Sequence record: OX922092.1
Direction: 5' to 3' (one strand)
Length of the DNA: 32,000 nt
Positions 1 through 10,399 of the stretch are shown one piece after another. The position numbers and the translations under genes are program-made. The stretch's first letter is position 1, and each line of letters begins with the position of its first letter. The notes under the pieces were generated by a model, which made no database searches, had not been told where the DNA came from, and was given only the letters and a program-made list of their open reading frames with translations.

Positions 1-751
1 ACCTACAAATGTACAAACAAAATCACGTGCCGAGCACGAAGAAATATTTAACATAGTTGGTAAAAGTGCAGGATCTGCTAAAAATATTATAGAAAATGTA
101 GAAAAAACGTTAAAACCAACTGACCCTGCTAAAATTCCTTGTGATTTTTGGTTAGGTTTATTAGATGGTGATGGTGGTTTTCACGTAGCGTGTCACGCAG
201 AAAAAAACGACAAAAACGAATACATTAGCTATTTGTCATTTTCTATCTATGTTACTCTAACTTTAGAGTTAGGTTCTAAAAGTGTTTTTACAGATTTTGA
301 AAAAGCTTTAGGTTTAAAACCATTAAGAATAAACGATTTTCGCAAAACAACAGGTAAAAACGCTTATCAAGTTCAAATTCGTGATGCTAAAGAAGTAAAA
401 AAGATCATTAAATTTATTGATGATTGTGGAGGTTTACGTGGTGATACTAAAAGAAGTGATTTCGAATTAATGAAAGAAACACAAAACCTTAGAGAACAAG
501 GTGTTCTTTATAAATCTTTTAGTGGTGACCGTGCCTACCAACATGGTATCATGGATAAACTTTTATTTAAAATTTTTAAAGTTGGGCAAAAGCCTCGTAA
601 AGGTCCTAAACGTTCATTAACTTATGAAAGTGCAATGGATATTGTTAAGAGACTTTACAAATAGTTACACATGGTTTAACCATAACAACCTAAGGGTTTT
701 GCTAAGGATAAGATATAGTCTGGTCTCTATTGAAAAATAGGGTGTTAACCG
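1..751 (+). mobile_element. 3' portion of a group I intron in rrs. The insertion site is inferred at about E. coli 531/532; the upstream exon is not in the window.
   Basis: The LAGLIDADG ORF ends at 664. A group I S-element-like aagatatagtct lies at about 708-719. The intron ends in G (g751) immediately before exon text aatacagg (A532...). Confidence 0.75.
2..664 (+). CDS. LAGLIDADG homing endonuclease, C-terminal part (intron-encoded; N-terminus outside the window)
   Basis: The frame is open from base 2 (PTNVQTKSRAEHEE...) through TAG at 662-664. It contains the motif FWLGLLDGDGGFHV (about 150-190). The start at 233 in the ORF track is a TTG inside this longer frame. Confidence 0.8.
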   Translation, partial: PTNVQTKSRAEHEEIFNIVGKSAGSAKNIIENVEKTLKPTDPAKIPCDFWLGLLDGDGGFHVACHAEKNDKNEYISYLSFSIYVTLTLELGSKSVFTDFEKALGLKPLRINDFRKTTGKNAYQVQIRDAKEVKKIIKFIDDCGGLRGDTKRSDFELMKETQNLREQGVLYKSFSGDRAYQHGIMDKLLFKIFKVGQKPRKGPKRSLTYESAMDIVKRLYK

Positions 752-1102
752 AATACAGGGGGAGCAAGCGTTATCCGGAATGATTGGGCGTAAAGCGTCT
801 GTAGGTGGTTCTTTAAGTCTACTGTCAAATACGTTGGCTCAACCAACGGCAGGCAGTGGAGTACTAAAGAACTAGAGTGCGGTAGAGGTAGAGGGAATCC
901 CTAGCGTAACAGTGAAATGTGTAGATTTTAGGGAGAACACCAGCGGCGAAGGCGCTCTACTGGGCCGATACTGACACTGAGAGACGAAAGCTAGAGGAGC
1001 GAATAGGATTAGATACCCTAGTAGTTCTAGCTGTAAACGATGGAAACTAAGAGGGGGTAACCCCCTTCTGTAGCTAACGCGTTAAGTTTCCCGCCTGGGG
1101 AG

Positions 1103-1139
<37 letters not shown>

Positions 1140-1155
1140 AGACCACACAATAGGT

Positions 1156-3473
1156 AAACCGATAATCTGCCTAGTGGCTTTGCGAAAAGCTATGGTCTTT
1201 TAAACACTAAAAGTCTTCTCGTCAAAAAAGAAATAGTGGCATAACAATAAAGTTTATTGTTATGTAAGGCAAAAAACTGGCTCAAAACGACGAAAATCGA
1301 GAACTCTCGGCAACGTCGTGGATTTTAGAATATACACTAAAAACTAATATATGGGCCGCACATTACAGTAATGATTTATGCTGTATTCCATATTCAAAAT
1401 CATTTTTACCAATCACATTTTATTTACATTCTATAAGAAAGTATAAGTTTTTTACTGGAGGAGCTGCAGTTAAGCAGGAGCATAAAGGGTCTACCTTGTC
1501 TTTGTTCGTCAAGCCTTAGGCCATTCCAACAGAAAAACAAAAGTGATAGCCACACTATGGTAATTGGTTAGGATTTTAATGTGAATCTGAAACTTTTTAG
1601 TTTTAACACGGCTAGAAACCTAAGTTATTCTAAAGAGTAAAGGCAAGGCATTTTTCTTCGAAGAAGGCAGGTTTTTATTTTTTTATAAAAAAAAATAAAA
1701 ACTGTAAGCACTTGGAACAAAATTGGAAACTTTGCTTTTAGTGCTCGTATAGTTATATTAGTTTGGTGTAAGGTATTTTAAAGTCTGTAACGACTCATTC
1801 GTATCTTAGTTGAGATAGTTTACTTTTTTAAAAAAAGTAAATAAGAATGGACTATACTAATGTATAGTAATACGGCCAGCTCTTTTAAGGAACTCTTTTT
1901 TTTTATGACTAAACATATTACAGAATATAACTATGATGAATTAGTCAATTCGGAAAACCAACAACAAACTTATAGCGATGAACCTATAACATGGGCTTAT
2001 ATAGCTGGTTTGTTACAAACAGATGGTACTTTTTCTTTTATGTGGACAAGGAGAGATGGATCTTTTTGTCCTAGAGTTTTTCTTACTTTTGGTCAAAAAC
2101 GTTATAATTTTGCAAAATATAGAATTCAACCGTTTTTTACAAAACAAGATATAAGAACGACTCTAAATCCTAGAACATTAAAGAATGCCAAAAATATAAG
2201 TGACGAAAAAGGTGTAAATGTTGTTATTGAAAATAATAAAAATGTGAATATTCTAATAAAAAAATTAAGCGAAGAATTTAACTTTAGTAATTCGATTTGT
2301 TTTGCTGATGGTAAATTAAGAGATTATTTATTACTAAAAAAAGCACTCGAATTAAATGAGAAAATCAAATCGTCACGTGATCAAAATTTTAAAACTACAG
2401 AAAAGTGTCGTTTAGTTTTTATTAAATTAAAAATGTCTGAACGTGCTACATCAGAGCGAGCTTTAACAAAAGAAGAATGGTTGGCGCGATTAAAAATCGA
2501 CCCAACTCGTGATGTCCAATCACTTGGTAAAGGTTTGTATGATGAAATAGTAGAAGAAGCTAAAGCGTTAAATCAACAATTTAGTAATTTTGCTAAATAT
2601 TCATCTAAAAGCCCCAACTTAAACAAATTACGTCAATATTTTACAGGCGTTTTTGAAGGTGATGGTAGTTTTTCTATTGGTTTATTTACTCATTTAACTG
2701 AAGAAGGTACACCACAACGTGAACGTAGACCTCTTGAATTTGTAGCTTCAGCTAGTGTTACTGACTTATATGATCCTGAGAAATTTGCAGACCAAGGTTT
2801 TTATAAAGTACTAAATTCTTGGTTTGAAACAAGTCGAAAGGGTGTAGGAGTAGAAAAAGGTAAAAAAGGTAATCGAATTTTTTGGAAAAGTCAAGCAGAT
2901 ATATTAAAAGTCAGTAGTCGTTTAGATAATCTTCATATTAATAGATTAGAATTTAGACGTCGTCATACTGAACGTTTGGCATTAGCATTACAAAATAATG
3001 AGGTTTATAATAATCCTGCATTTGCTAAACAAATAATAGATCTGCGATTTAATCCATCTTTTTCGGATCCTTCTCATATGCCTGGTAACACAATCGATTT
3101 TTATTATCATTTAATAGACAACTACACTCGTTAAGTTTGTATGTCTTTGGTTAATTCAGGATTTTAGTCTAATTCGTCAAGTTTTCATTCGAGAAATTAA
3201 TAAAAAATTATGTTAACAATTGGTAATTTTTACATCTATATTTTTTCTGAAATACTAATTCGTTTTTTTACTAGTGAGAATGTTTTTATTAATTTTGTCT
3301 GAAGTTCTTTTCTTCAGTATGTAAATAATTTTTATGATCCTAAATAAGTTTAATTATTTATTTGGGATCACCCTCATAGTCATATCGAGTTCCTCAAGGT
3401 TAACAACCTTTAATAAAAGATGAATGCATAGTCTAAATTCCATTGAAAAATGGATAGTTATAAATCTCTTTTG
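1156..3473 (+). mobile_element. Group I intron (about 2.3 kb) in rrs between positions equivalent to E. coli U943 and G944
   Basis: The 5' exon ends ...cacaataggt (t1155) and the 3' exon resumes ggattatgcggtttaatt (g3474). A P1 candidate pairs exon taggt (1151-1155) with gccta (1169-1173), placing a U.G pair at the splice site. The intron ends in G (g3473). R-like ctgtaacgactcat (about 1787) and S-like atgcatagtctaaa (about 3425) are present. It contains a LAGLIDADG ORF. Confidence 0.8.
1860..3134 (+). CDS. Double-motif LAGLIDADG homing endonuclease or maturase (424 aa), intron-encoded
   Basis: Two dodecapeptide motifs are present: YIAGLLQTDGTFSF (N-terminal) and YFTGVFEGDGSFSI (about 215 aa later). 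The ORF lies wholly inside the rrs intron. An alternative ATG occurs 15 codons downstream of the listed start (MTKHITEY). Confidence 0.85.
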   Translation: MYSNTASSFKELFFFMTKHITEYNYDELVNSENQQQTYSDEPITWAYIAGLLQTDGTFSFMWTRRDGSFCPRVFLTFGQKRYNFAKYRIQPFFTKQDIRTTLNPRTLKNAKNISDEKGVNVVIENNKNVNILIKKLSEEFNFSNSICFADGKLRDYLLLKKALELNEKIKSSRDQNFKTTEKCRLVFIKLKMSERATSERALTKEEWLARLKIDPTRDVQSLGKGLYDEIVEEAKALNQQFSNFAKYSSKSPNLNKLRQYFTGVFEGDGSFSIGLFTHLTEEGTPQRERRPLEFVASASVTDLYDPEKFADQGFYKVLNSWFETSRKGVGVEKGKKGNRIFWKSQADILKVSSRLDNLHINRLEFRRRHTERLALALQNNEVYNNPAFAKQIIDLRFNPSFSDPSHMPGNTIDFYYHLIDNYTR

Positions 3474-3833
3474 GGATTATGCGGTTTAATTTGATGCAAC
3501 GCAAAGAACCTTACCAGGGTTTGACATGTCTAGAATTTTTCAGAAATGGAAAAGTGCTTCCTTTTTATGAAAGGAAGAACTAGAACACAGGTGGTGCATG
3601 GCTGTCGTCAGCTCGTGCGTTGACGTGTATGGTTAAGTCCTGCAACGAGCGCAACCCTCGTCTTTAGTTACTTTCCAAGTTCTCTAAAGAGACTGCGCGC
3701 GCAAGCGCTGAGGAAGGTGAGGATGACGTCAAGTCAGCATGCCCCTTACACCCTGGGCGACACGCGTAATACAATGGTTGGGACAATCAGAAGCTACCCC
3801 GCAAGGGCACGCCAATCTGCTAAACTCAACCCT

Positions 3834-3870
<37 letters not shown>

Positions 3871-4289
3871 CGGAATCTATAGTAATCGCCAGTCAGCTAT
3901 ATGGCGGTGAATACGTTCCTGGTCTCTGTACACACCGCCCGTCACATCAAGAAAGGTGGTAGTGGATTAAGCTACTAGTCTAACCTCTCTGAGGAAGACG
4001 GTATCCACTCCAAGACTACTGATCATGATGAAGTCGTAACAAGGTAGGGGTACTGGAAGGTGTCCCTGGATCACCTCCTTCTTTTTAGAAATTTCCCGGA
4101 GGGCTAGGACAATAGTCCGTCGTCTATCTGACCCTCCTACCAGGAGACTAGGACCTAAGGTCCTAGCCTAACGGTAAACCCTTTGGGTTTAGGCTTACCT
4201 GGAGAGCTGACGCGTTAGATGGAAAAATAAAAGTTTTTCCATCTATAAAGCGTAATGAGATAGAATCAATAATATAAAATTATTTAAAA

Positions 4290-4334
4290 GGTGATCTTAA
4301 CCGAACGTAAATTATACGTTCGGTTAAGGTCACC
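4290..4334 (+). repeat. 20-bp-stem inverted repeat in the 16S-trnI spacer
   Basis: ggtgatcttaaccgaacgta (4290-4309) is the reverse complement of tacgttcggttaaggtcacc (4316-4334) with one G.U position. Confidence 0.8.
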
Positions 4335-4365
4335 CTTATATATCCTTATTCAAAAGAACTTTTGA

Positions 4366-4439
<74 letters not shown>

Positions 4440-4601
4440 CCCGTATTTTATATACGGTATGTGAATATATATATATTCTCTTATATGTTATAAATATATA
4501 TCATATGTCACGATAACCCCAGAGGGAGTTATCGTGAGATCTCGTTTATAAAAAAACGAATATGATATTTTATTTTGTGTATATCCGAGTTTATGGTTTA
4601 A

Positions 4602-4674
4602 GGGAATGTAGCTCAGTTGGTAGAGCATCGCATTTGCATTGCGAGGGTCGCGGGTTCGAAACCTGTCATTTCCA
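4602..4674 (+). tRNA. trnA: tRNA-Ala (anticodon UGC), no intron
   Basis: gggaatgtagctcagttggtagagcatcgcattTGCattgcgagggtcgcgggttcgaaacctgtcatttcca. Acceptor stem GGGAATG/CATTTCC gives the G3:U70 alanine identity pair. T loop ggttcgaaa. Confidence 0.95.
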
Positions 4675-5110
4675 CAATTATGAATTGAGAGTTAAATAAA
4701 AGGAGAAAAAAGAAAAAATTATTTTAGAATTTTTTCTCCTTTTAGAATTTCTCTCCTTTTTTAGCGATTTATTAAATAAAAAAATAAATAAAAGAAACAA
4801 GAAACAAAAATTATAGGTCAAATGAACTTAGGCTTACGGTGGAGACCTAGGCACCCAGAGACGAAGAAGGGCGCAGATACCGGCGAAACGCTCCGGGGAG
4901 TTGGCAACAAACTTTGATCCGGAGATCCCCGAATAGGGCAACCTGTACAACTTCCAACAGAATTCATAAGTTGGAAAGAGGCAACCCAGTGAATTGAAAC
5001 ATCTTAGTAGCTGGAGGAAAAGAAAGCAAACGCGATTCCCGTAGTAGCGGCGAGCGAACCGGGAACAGCCTAAACCCATTTCCATTAGGGAATGGGGGGT
5101 AGTGGGAAGA

Positions 5111-5196
5111 CATTATAAAAAATAGAAAATAAGAGAAATTTCTAATCAGCGAAGCTGTTAAAAATTTCTTCTCTTTAAAAATTTTCTAAAAACGAA
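5111..5196 (+). other. AT-rich insertion in the 23S 5' domain, a candidate internal transcribed spacer (7S/3S-type fragmentation)
   Basis: Between gtagtgggaaga and cagctgaatcctgtaccatagatggtgaaagtccagta lie about 85 nt that have no counterpart in the E. coli 23S alignment recalled from memory. This stretch contains the hairpin aagagaaattt...aaatttcttctctt. It lies about 295 nt from the 23S 5' end. About 47 nt of conserved text follow, then an A-rich run at 5246-5262. Confidence 0.5.
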
Positions 5197-5990
5197 ACAG
5201 CTGAATCCTGTACCATAGATGGTGAAAGTCCAGTAGTTGAAATGAAAAAAAACAAAATGTCTTATCCCGAGTAGCATGGGACACGTGGAATCCCGTGTGA
5301 ATCAGCGAGGACCACCTCGTAAGGCTAAATACTCCTGGGTGACCGATAGTGAAATAGTACTGCGAAGGAAAGGTGAAAAGAACCCTCGTATAGGGAGTGA
5401 AATAGAACATGAAACCGTAAGCTGACAAGCAGTGGGAGGTTAAGAGCTGACCGCGTGCCTGTTGAAGAATGAGCCGGCGACTTAGAGGGAGTGGCAAAAA
5501 GGTTAAGGAGAAACATCCGGAGCCAACGCGAAAGCGAGTCCGAAAATTCGGCGAAGAATTTGTCATTTCCTCTGGACCCGAACCCGGGTGATCTAATCAT
5601 GACCAACATGAAGCTTGGGTAACACTAAGTGGAGGTGTGCACCGACCGATGTTGAAAAATCGGCGGATGAGTTGTGATTATGCGCAGAAATTGCAATCGA
5701 ACTCGGAGCTAGCTGGATCTCCCCGAAATGCGTTGAGGCGCAGCGGCAACGACGAGCTATCATAAGGTAAAGCTACTGTTTCGATGCGGGCTGCGAGAGC
5801 GGTACCAAATCGTGGCAAACTCAGAATGTATGATATTGCCTACCGTTAGCCAGTGAGACCCAAGGTGATAAGATCTTCGGTCAAGAGGGAAACAGCCCAG
5901 ATCACCAGCTAAGGCCCCTAAATGGTTTCTAAGTGGAAAAGGATGTGAGAGTGCAGAAACAACCAGGAGGTTTGCTTAGAAGCAGCAATT

Positions 5991-6021
<31 letters not shown>

Positions 6022-6713
6022 AAAGCGTTCTTGCGCCGATAATGGCCGGGACTAAGAAACCTGCCGAAGCTGTGAGATTCTTATATAAGAATCGGTAGGG
6101 GAGCGTTCCGTTATTGGGTGAAGTTATGGTGTAAACCAGAATGGACAAAACGGAAGTGAGAATGTCGGCTTGAGTAACGAAAACATTGGTGAGAATCCAA
6201 TGCCCCGAAAACCGTTGGGTTCCTCCACTAGGTTCGTCCATGGGGGGTTAGTCAGGTCCTAAGGCTAGGCCGAAAGGCGTCGTCGATGGCAAACAGGTTA
6301 ATATTCCTGTACTGATTCTATTGGGAACAAGGGACGAAGAAGGCTAAACTGAGACTACTAATGGATTATAGTGGAAGCGTCAAGGTGTTGAGAGTTAGAA
6401 GAAAAACTAAACTTGAGCTGAGGCGTTATCCCGATAACAATCCTTCGGGGTTGTTGTCGTCAGTGATGTCATGCTTCCAAGAAAAGCTTGAGCTCCATAA
6501 CAATAGAATTACCTGTACCTAAAACCGACACAGGTAGGTGAGTAGAGAATACTAAGGGGCGCGAGAGAACTCTCTCTAAGGAACTCGGCAAACTGGCCCC
6601 GTAACTTCGGAAGAAGGGGCGCCTTTAATTTCATTAAAGGTCGCAGTAAACAGGCCCAGGCAACTGTTTATCAAAAACATAGGTCTCCGCAAAGTCGAAA
6701 GACTATATATGGG

Positions 6714-6746
<33 letters not shown>

Positions 6747-6781
6747 AAGTTGGTTAGAGAGCTTGTCTCTCGAAGCTGACG

Positions 6782-6828
<47 letters not shown>

Positions 6829-7874
6829 TAACGCTAGCTTTAGTAAAATCAAGCTATATGCTGGAACGTACCCGCCTTAAAATAAACAAAAAGTTTAAGC
6901 GAAGCGGTTGGAGATAACCAGCAGGAAAGACTAGGTAATAGGGTTTAACCCCAAACAACCTAGTATCCTCAGAGACTACACGCTTGACACTTTTACATAA
7001 GTGAGTATTATTAATCTTCTATATTGTCTATCTTACAAACTATAAACAAATAAAAAAAAAAAATTAAAATTATGAATAAAAACCTCTATAAAGTTGAACA
7101 AAAACGAGATACAAATGGCATCTGTATACCAAAATATGATAATTATGTAATTCCAACTTTAGACAAAACAGCACCGGCTTCCAAAATTCTAAATAGTAAA
7201 CAAGACTTAAGTGGTAAAAAATTTACTGTTAAAGATGCATTTGGTCGCGATGTAGTAATGTCGGCGGATTGGATTGCTGGTTTTACAGATGGGGAAGGAA
7301 CATTAACAATAAATATAAACAAAAATACAACATTAACATATAAGTTTCAAATACAACCAGTATTTATTATTGTTCAGGGTGAAGCTGATTATTATTTACT
7401 AACAGCTATTGCGAACTTCTTTGGTTGTGGTTCAGTAACTGTAAATAGAAAGGATAAAACTTCAGTACGTTATCAATATCGTGTAAACAATTTAGAATTA
7501 CTAACTAATATTTTTATTCCTTTCTTTGATAAAGTTTCTTTATTAACAAAGAAAAAAGATGAGTATTTCCTTTGGAAAGATCTAGTTATTGAACATAGAA
7601 ATAAAACAAATCTAGATTCTTGGCCGAACAGTATGGTTGCTTTCCTAGAAAAAGCAAAGCTTTGGAAATGCTTAGGTACACAAACTAAACAAACTGAATC
7701 TTATATAAAAACGTGTGATAAATATATTGAAATTGTTAAAGGAATTCCTTCTGAGAACATAGAACGATTAAAATAACACTTAGAAAGTGAAGATAGAGTC
7801 CAAACTCCAGCATGAGCTGTGAGACCTAACTCGTAAGGATTAGGGGTTTATCTTAATAAAGATAAATTAGATTG
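6829..7874 (+). mobile_element. Group I intron in rrl at E. coli position 1923 (the I-CeuI homing site position)
   Basis: The exon ends cggtcctaaggt (t6828) and resumes agcgaaattc (a7875). The intron ends in G (g7874). P1 candidate: aaggt with gcttt (about 6837-6841). Core elements: P atgctggaac (about 6858), Q aaccagcagg (about 6916), R tcagagactaca (about 6969) and S aagatagagtcc (about 7790). The ORF lies between R and S. Confidence 0.9.
7072..7776 (+). CDS. Single-motif LAGLIDADG homing endonuclease (234 aa), intron-encoded
   Basis: One dodecapeptide motif, DWIAGFTDGEGTLTI, is followed by a typical LAGLIDADG_1-type core (YKFQIQPVFIIVQ...FFGCGSV...RYQYRVNNLELLTNIFIPFF). It lies entirely inside the 1923 intron. 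Confidence 0.88.
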   Translation: MNKNLYKVEQKRDTNGICIPKYDNYVIPTLDKTAPASKILNSKQDLSGKKFTVKDAFGRDVVMSADWIAGFTDGEGTLTININKNTTLTYKFQIQPVFIIVQGEADYYLLTAIANFFGCGSVTVNRKDKTSVRYQYRVNNLELLTNIFIPFFDKVSLLTKKKDEYFLWKDLVIEHRNKTNLDSWPNSMVAFLEKAKLWKCLGTQTKQTESYIKTCDKYIEIVKGIPSENIERLK

Positions 7875-8444
7875 AGCGAAATTCATTGTCGAGTAAGTTT
7901 CGACCTGCACGAAAGGTGTAATGATCTGGGCGCTGTCTCGGAGAGAGACTCGGTGAAATAGACATGTCCGTGAAGATGCGGACTACCAATACTAGGACAG
8001 AAAGACCCTATGAAGCTTGACTGTATCCTGGAATTGAACTCGGGCTTTTCTTGCGCAGCCTAGGTGGGAGGCGTTGAAGGTCCCCTTCCGGGGGGGCTGG
8101 AGCCATCATTGAGAGACCACTCTGGAAGAGCTAGAGTTCTAATGGTGATCTTTGAAACAAGACACTTGACAGTTTCAGGTGGGCAGTTTTCCTGGGGCGG
8201 GAACCTCCCAAAGCGTAACGGAGGTGTGCAAAGGTTCTCTCAGTCTGGACGGAAATCAGACATTGAGTGTAAAGGCAAAAGAGAGCTTGACTGTAAGACC
8301 AACAAGTCGAGCAGGGGCGAAAGCCGGCCTTAGTGATCCGACGGTGCCGTGTGGAAGGGCCGTCGCTCAACGGACAAAAGTTACTCTAGGGATAACAGGC
8401 TGATCTTCCCCAAGAGTTCATATCGACGGGAAGGTTTGGCACCT

Positions 8445-9435
8445 CATCATGGGGAGGTTTATGTGAAAACATTAATCCTTTATTTAGCTGTATGCTGGAA
8501 CAACCTTATATTTCTTACATAAGGTCAATCAGCAGGGAAGTAACTTTCAAGTTACCCTTCAACGACTACATGCTAAACATCTCTTCTTAATATTATATTC
8601 TAAAGAGATGGTGATATAGTCTGAACTTCTAGGAAACTAGAAGAACAAAAAATCAAATTATATTCAAATCATTAAAAACTAAACAAACAATTAAAATAAA
8701 TAAAATTTATGAAAGAACAAAAAATACATGAAATTTCTAAACAAAAAGAAGATAATCTTTTAAAGTTATGTACAAATTTAACACTTACACAAGCTGAATT
8801 ATTAATGGGTAGTTTACTTGGAGATGGGAATCTCCAAACCGCTAGCAAAACAGCTGGTACTTGGCGAGCACGATTTCTCCAAGGTGAAAGACAAAAAGCT
8901 TATTTGTTCTATAAATACGAAACTTTAAAAAATTTCGTTGGTACAGAACCAAGACGTTCTTCAAATTTTGATAGAAGAACAAATACAGTTTATACACGTT
9001 ACTCATTTAATACAAAGACTTTTTCTGAAGTTAAACCTTTAGCAGAAATGTTTTACACTTGGAACGAAGAAACAAGACGTTTCGACAAAAAGTTACCAAA
9101 AAATATTGGAGATTTTCTAACTCCAGGTGTAATAGCTATATGGTTTATGGACGATGGAAGTGCTAAGTGGATAGGTCATAGTAACTCTATACGCTTTAGT
9201 ACAGACTGCTTCTCCCAAGAAGAAATTGGTTATCTACAAAAAGGTTTAAAAGATTACGGTATTGATACAACTCTTCAACAGAAGAGAAGAAATCAATGGA
9301 CTTTGGCTACAAGTGAATCAAGTGCTAATACACTAAAAGTCCTTCTTTCTGAGAAAATTCATCCTGACTTTTATTCTAAAGTTCCTTGGATGGTTTAGTT
9401 TGGTGCATTTGTTTTGGTTTTTTCTAACACAATTG
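8445..9435 (+). mobile_element. Group I intron in rrl at E. coli position 2500
   Basis: The exon ends ggtttggcacct (t8444) and resumes cgatgtcggctcatc (c9436). The intron ends in G (g9435). Core elements: P atgctggaac (about 8492), Q aatcagcagg (about 8527), R ttcaacgactaca (about 8558) and S gatatagtct (about 8613). The ORF lies downstream of S. Confidence 0.88.
8709..9398 (+). CDS. Double-motif LAGLIDADG (type 2-like) homing endonuclease (229 aa), intron-encoded
   Basis: Motifs [12 protein letters not shown] and [14 protein letters not shown] are spaced about 105 aa apart. The ORF lies inside the 2500 intron. Confidence 0.88.
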   Translation: MKEQKIHEISKQKEDNLLKLCTNLTLTQAELLMGSLLGDGNLQTASKTAGTWRARFLQGERQKAYLFYKYETLKNFVGTEPRRSSNFDRRTNTVYTRYSFNTKTFSEVKPLAEMFYTWNEETRRFDKKLPKNIGDFLTPGVIAIWFMDDGSAKWIGHSNSIRFSTDCFSQEEIGYLQKGLKDYGIDTTLQQKRRNQWTLATSESSANTLKVLLSEKIHPDFYSKVPWMV

Positions 9436-9701
9436 CGATGTCGGCTCATCACATCCTGGAGCGGTAGTACGTTCCAAGGGTTGGGCTGTTCGCCCATTAA
9501 AGTGGTACGTGAGCTGGGTTCAGAACGTCGTGAAGTCTCGCGACTTTGTAAAGTAATTTACAAAAAAGAAAAACAATTGCCTCATATCGATGAAGCTCTA
9601 AAGTTTAATATATAGAAACTTTTGATAATATCGAGGGAAGTCGAGACCTTTTCTCTTAAAATATAGAACGAATGATAAAAATTTTAACAAAAACATAAAA
9701 T

Positions 9702-10399
9702 ATGAACAAAACAAATATGAACAAAGCGAATAAAAGCTTTCCCGCGAAACGCAAGAACGTTAAAATCACGAGAGAAATCCGTGATATTATACATGGTTAT
9801 GTTATGTCTGATGGTTATTTACGTGAAGGTCAGTTAACTGTTGAGCAAAACAGTGAATCGTCGGCATTTGTTGAATGGTTGTATTCAAAATTAGAACACC
9901 TAACTACACGTAATGGCATAAAAGATGTTCAAAGGTTTGATAAACGAACTAATACCACAACTTATTCCAAACGTTTTTTCACTAGAAGGTTACTTAAAGG
10001 TTTTAATAAAATGTGGTATAAAGCCAGTGGTATCCACAAAAAAACAGGTAAACCACAGGTAAACCTAAGTATGTTAAGACCGTACCTAAAAGTCTTGGCT
10101 GTTTCTTTAGCAAAACCTTTATAACTGTTTGGTATGCTGGTGATGGTACGAAAATTATTGGTAGTCGTGGTGCAAAAATAGAAGCAACTTGTTTCAATGA
10201 AGAACAAAAATTATTAATAAAAGAACTATTTAAGTCAAAATACGACATAAATATTCACATTAATAAAGCGGGTCTAAGCAAAACTGGTACGCAACAATGG
10301 ACTTTTAATATTAATTCTGAAGATTATGATAAATTTCATAATATTATTACAGAAATTGATCTTATCCCTAAGTTATTTCCAAATAAGCTTTGTTATTAA
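9702..10399 (+). pseudogene. LAGLIDADG (type 2-like) homing endonuclease gene, frameshifted by an 11-bp tandem duplication
   Basis: Frame 0 (9702-10124) encodes motif 1, IIHGYVMSDGYL, then terminates. The +2 frame from about 10052 encodes ...VPKSLGCFFSKTFITVWYAGDGTKIIG...NKLCY with TAA at 10397-10399 (motif 2). Deleting one copy of acaggtaaacc joins the two into one 687-nt (228-aa) ORF. That architecture parallels the 229-aa ORF at 8709-9398. Confidence 0.8.
10044..10065 (+). repeat. Perfect 2 x 11-bp tandem duplication (acaggtaaacc) inside the endonuclease ORF
   Basis: Read directly: acaggtaaacc at 10044-10054 and again at 10055-10065. Confidence 0.95.

Noticed and set aside
9962-10248. Two antisense ORFs (9962-10207 and 10003-10248, minus strand)
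   Set aside because: They are antisense to the frameshifted LAGLIDADG gene, whose sense-strand motifs explain the region. No recognisable motif is present.
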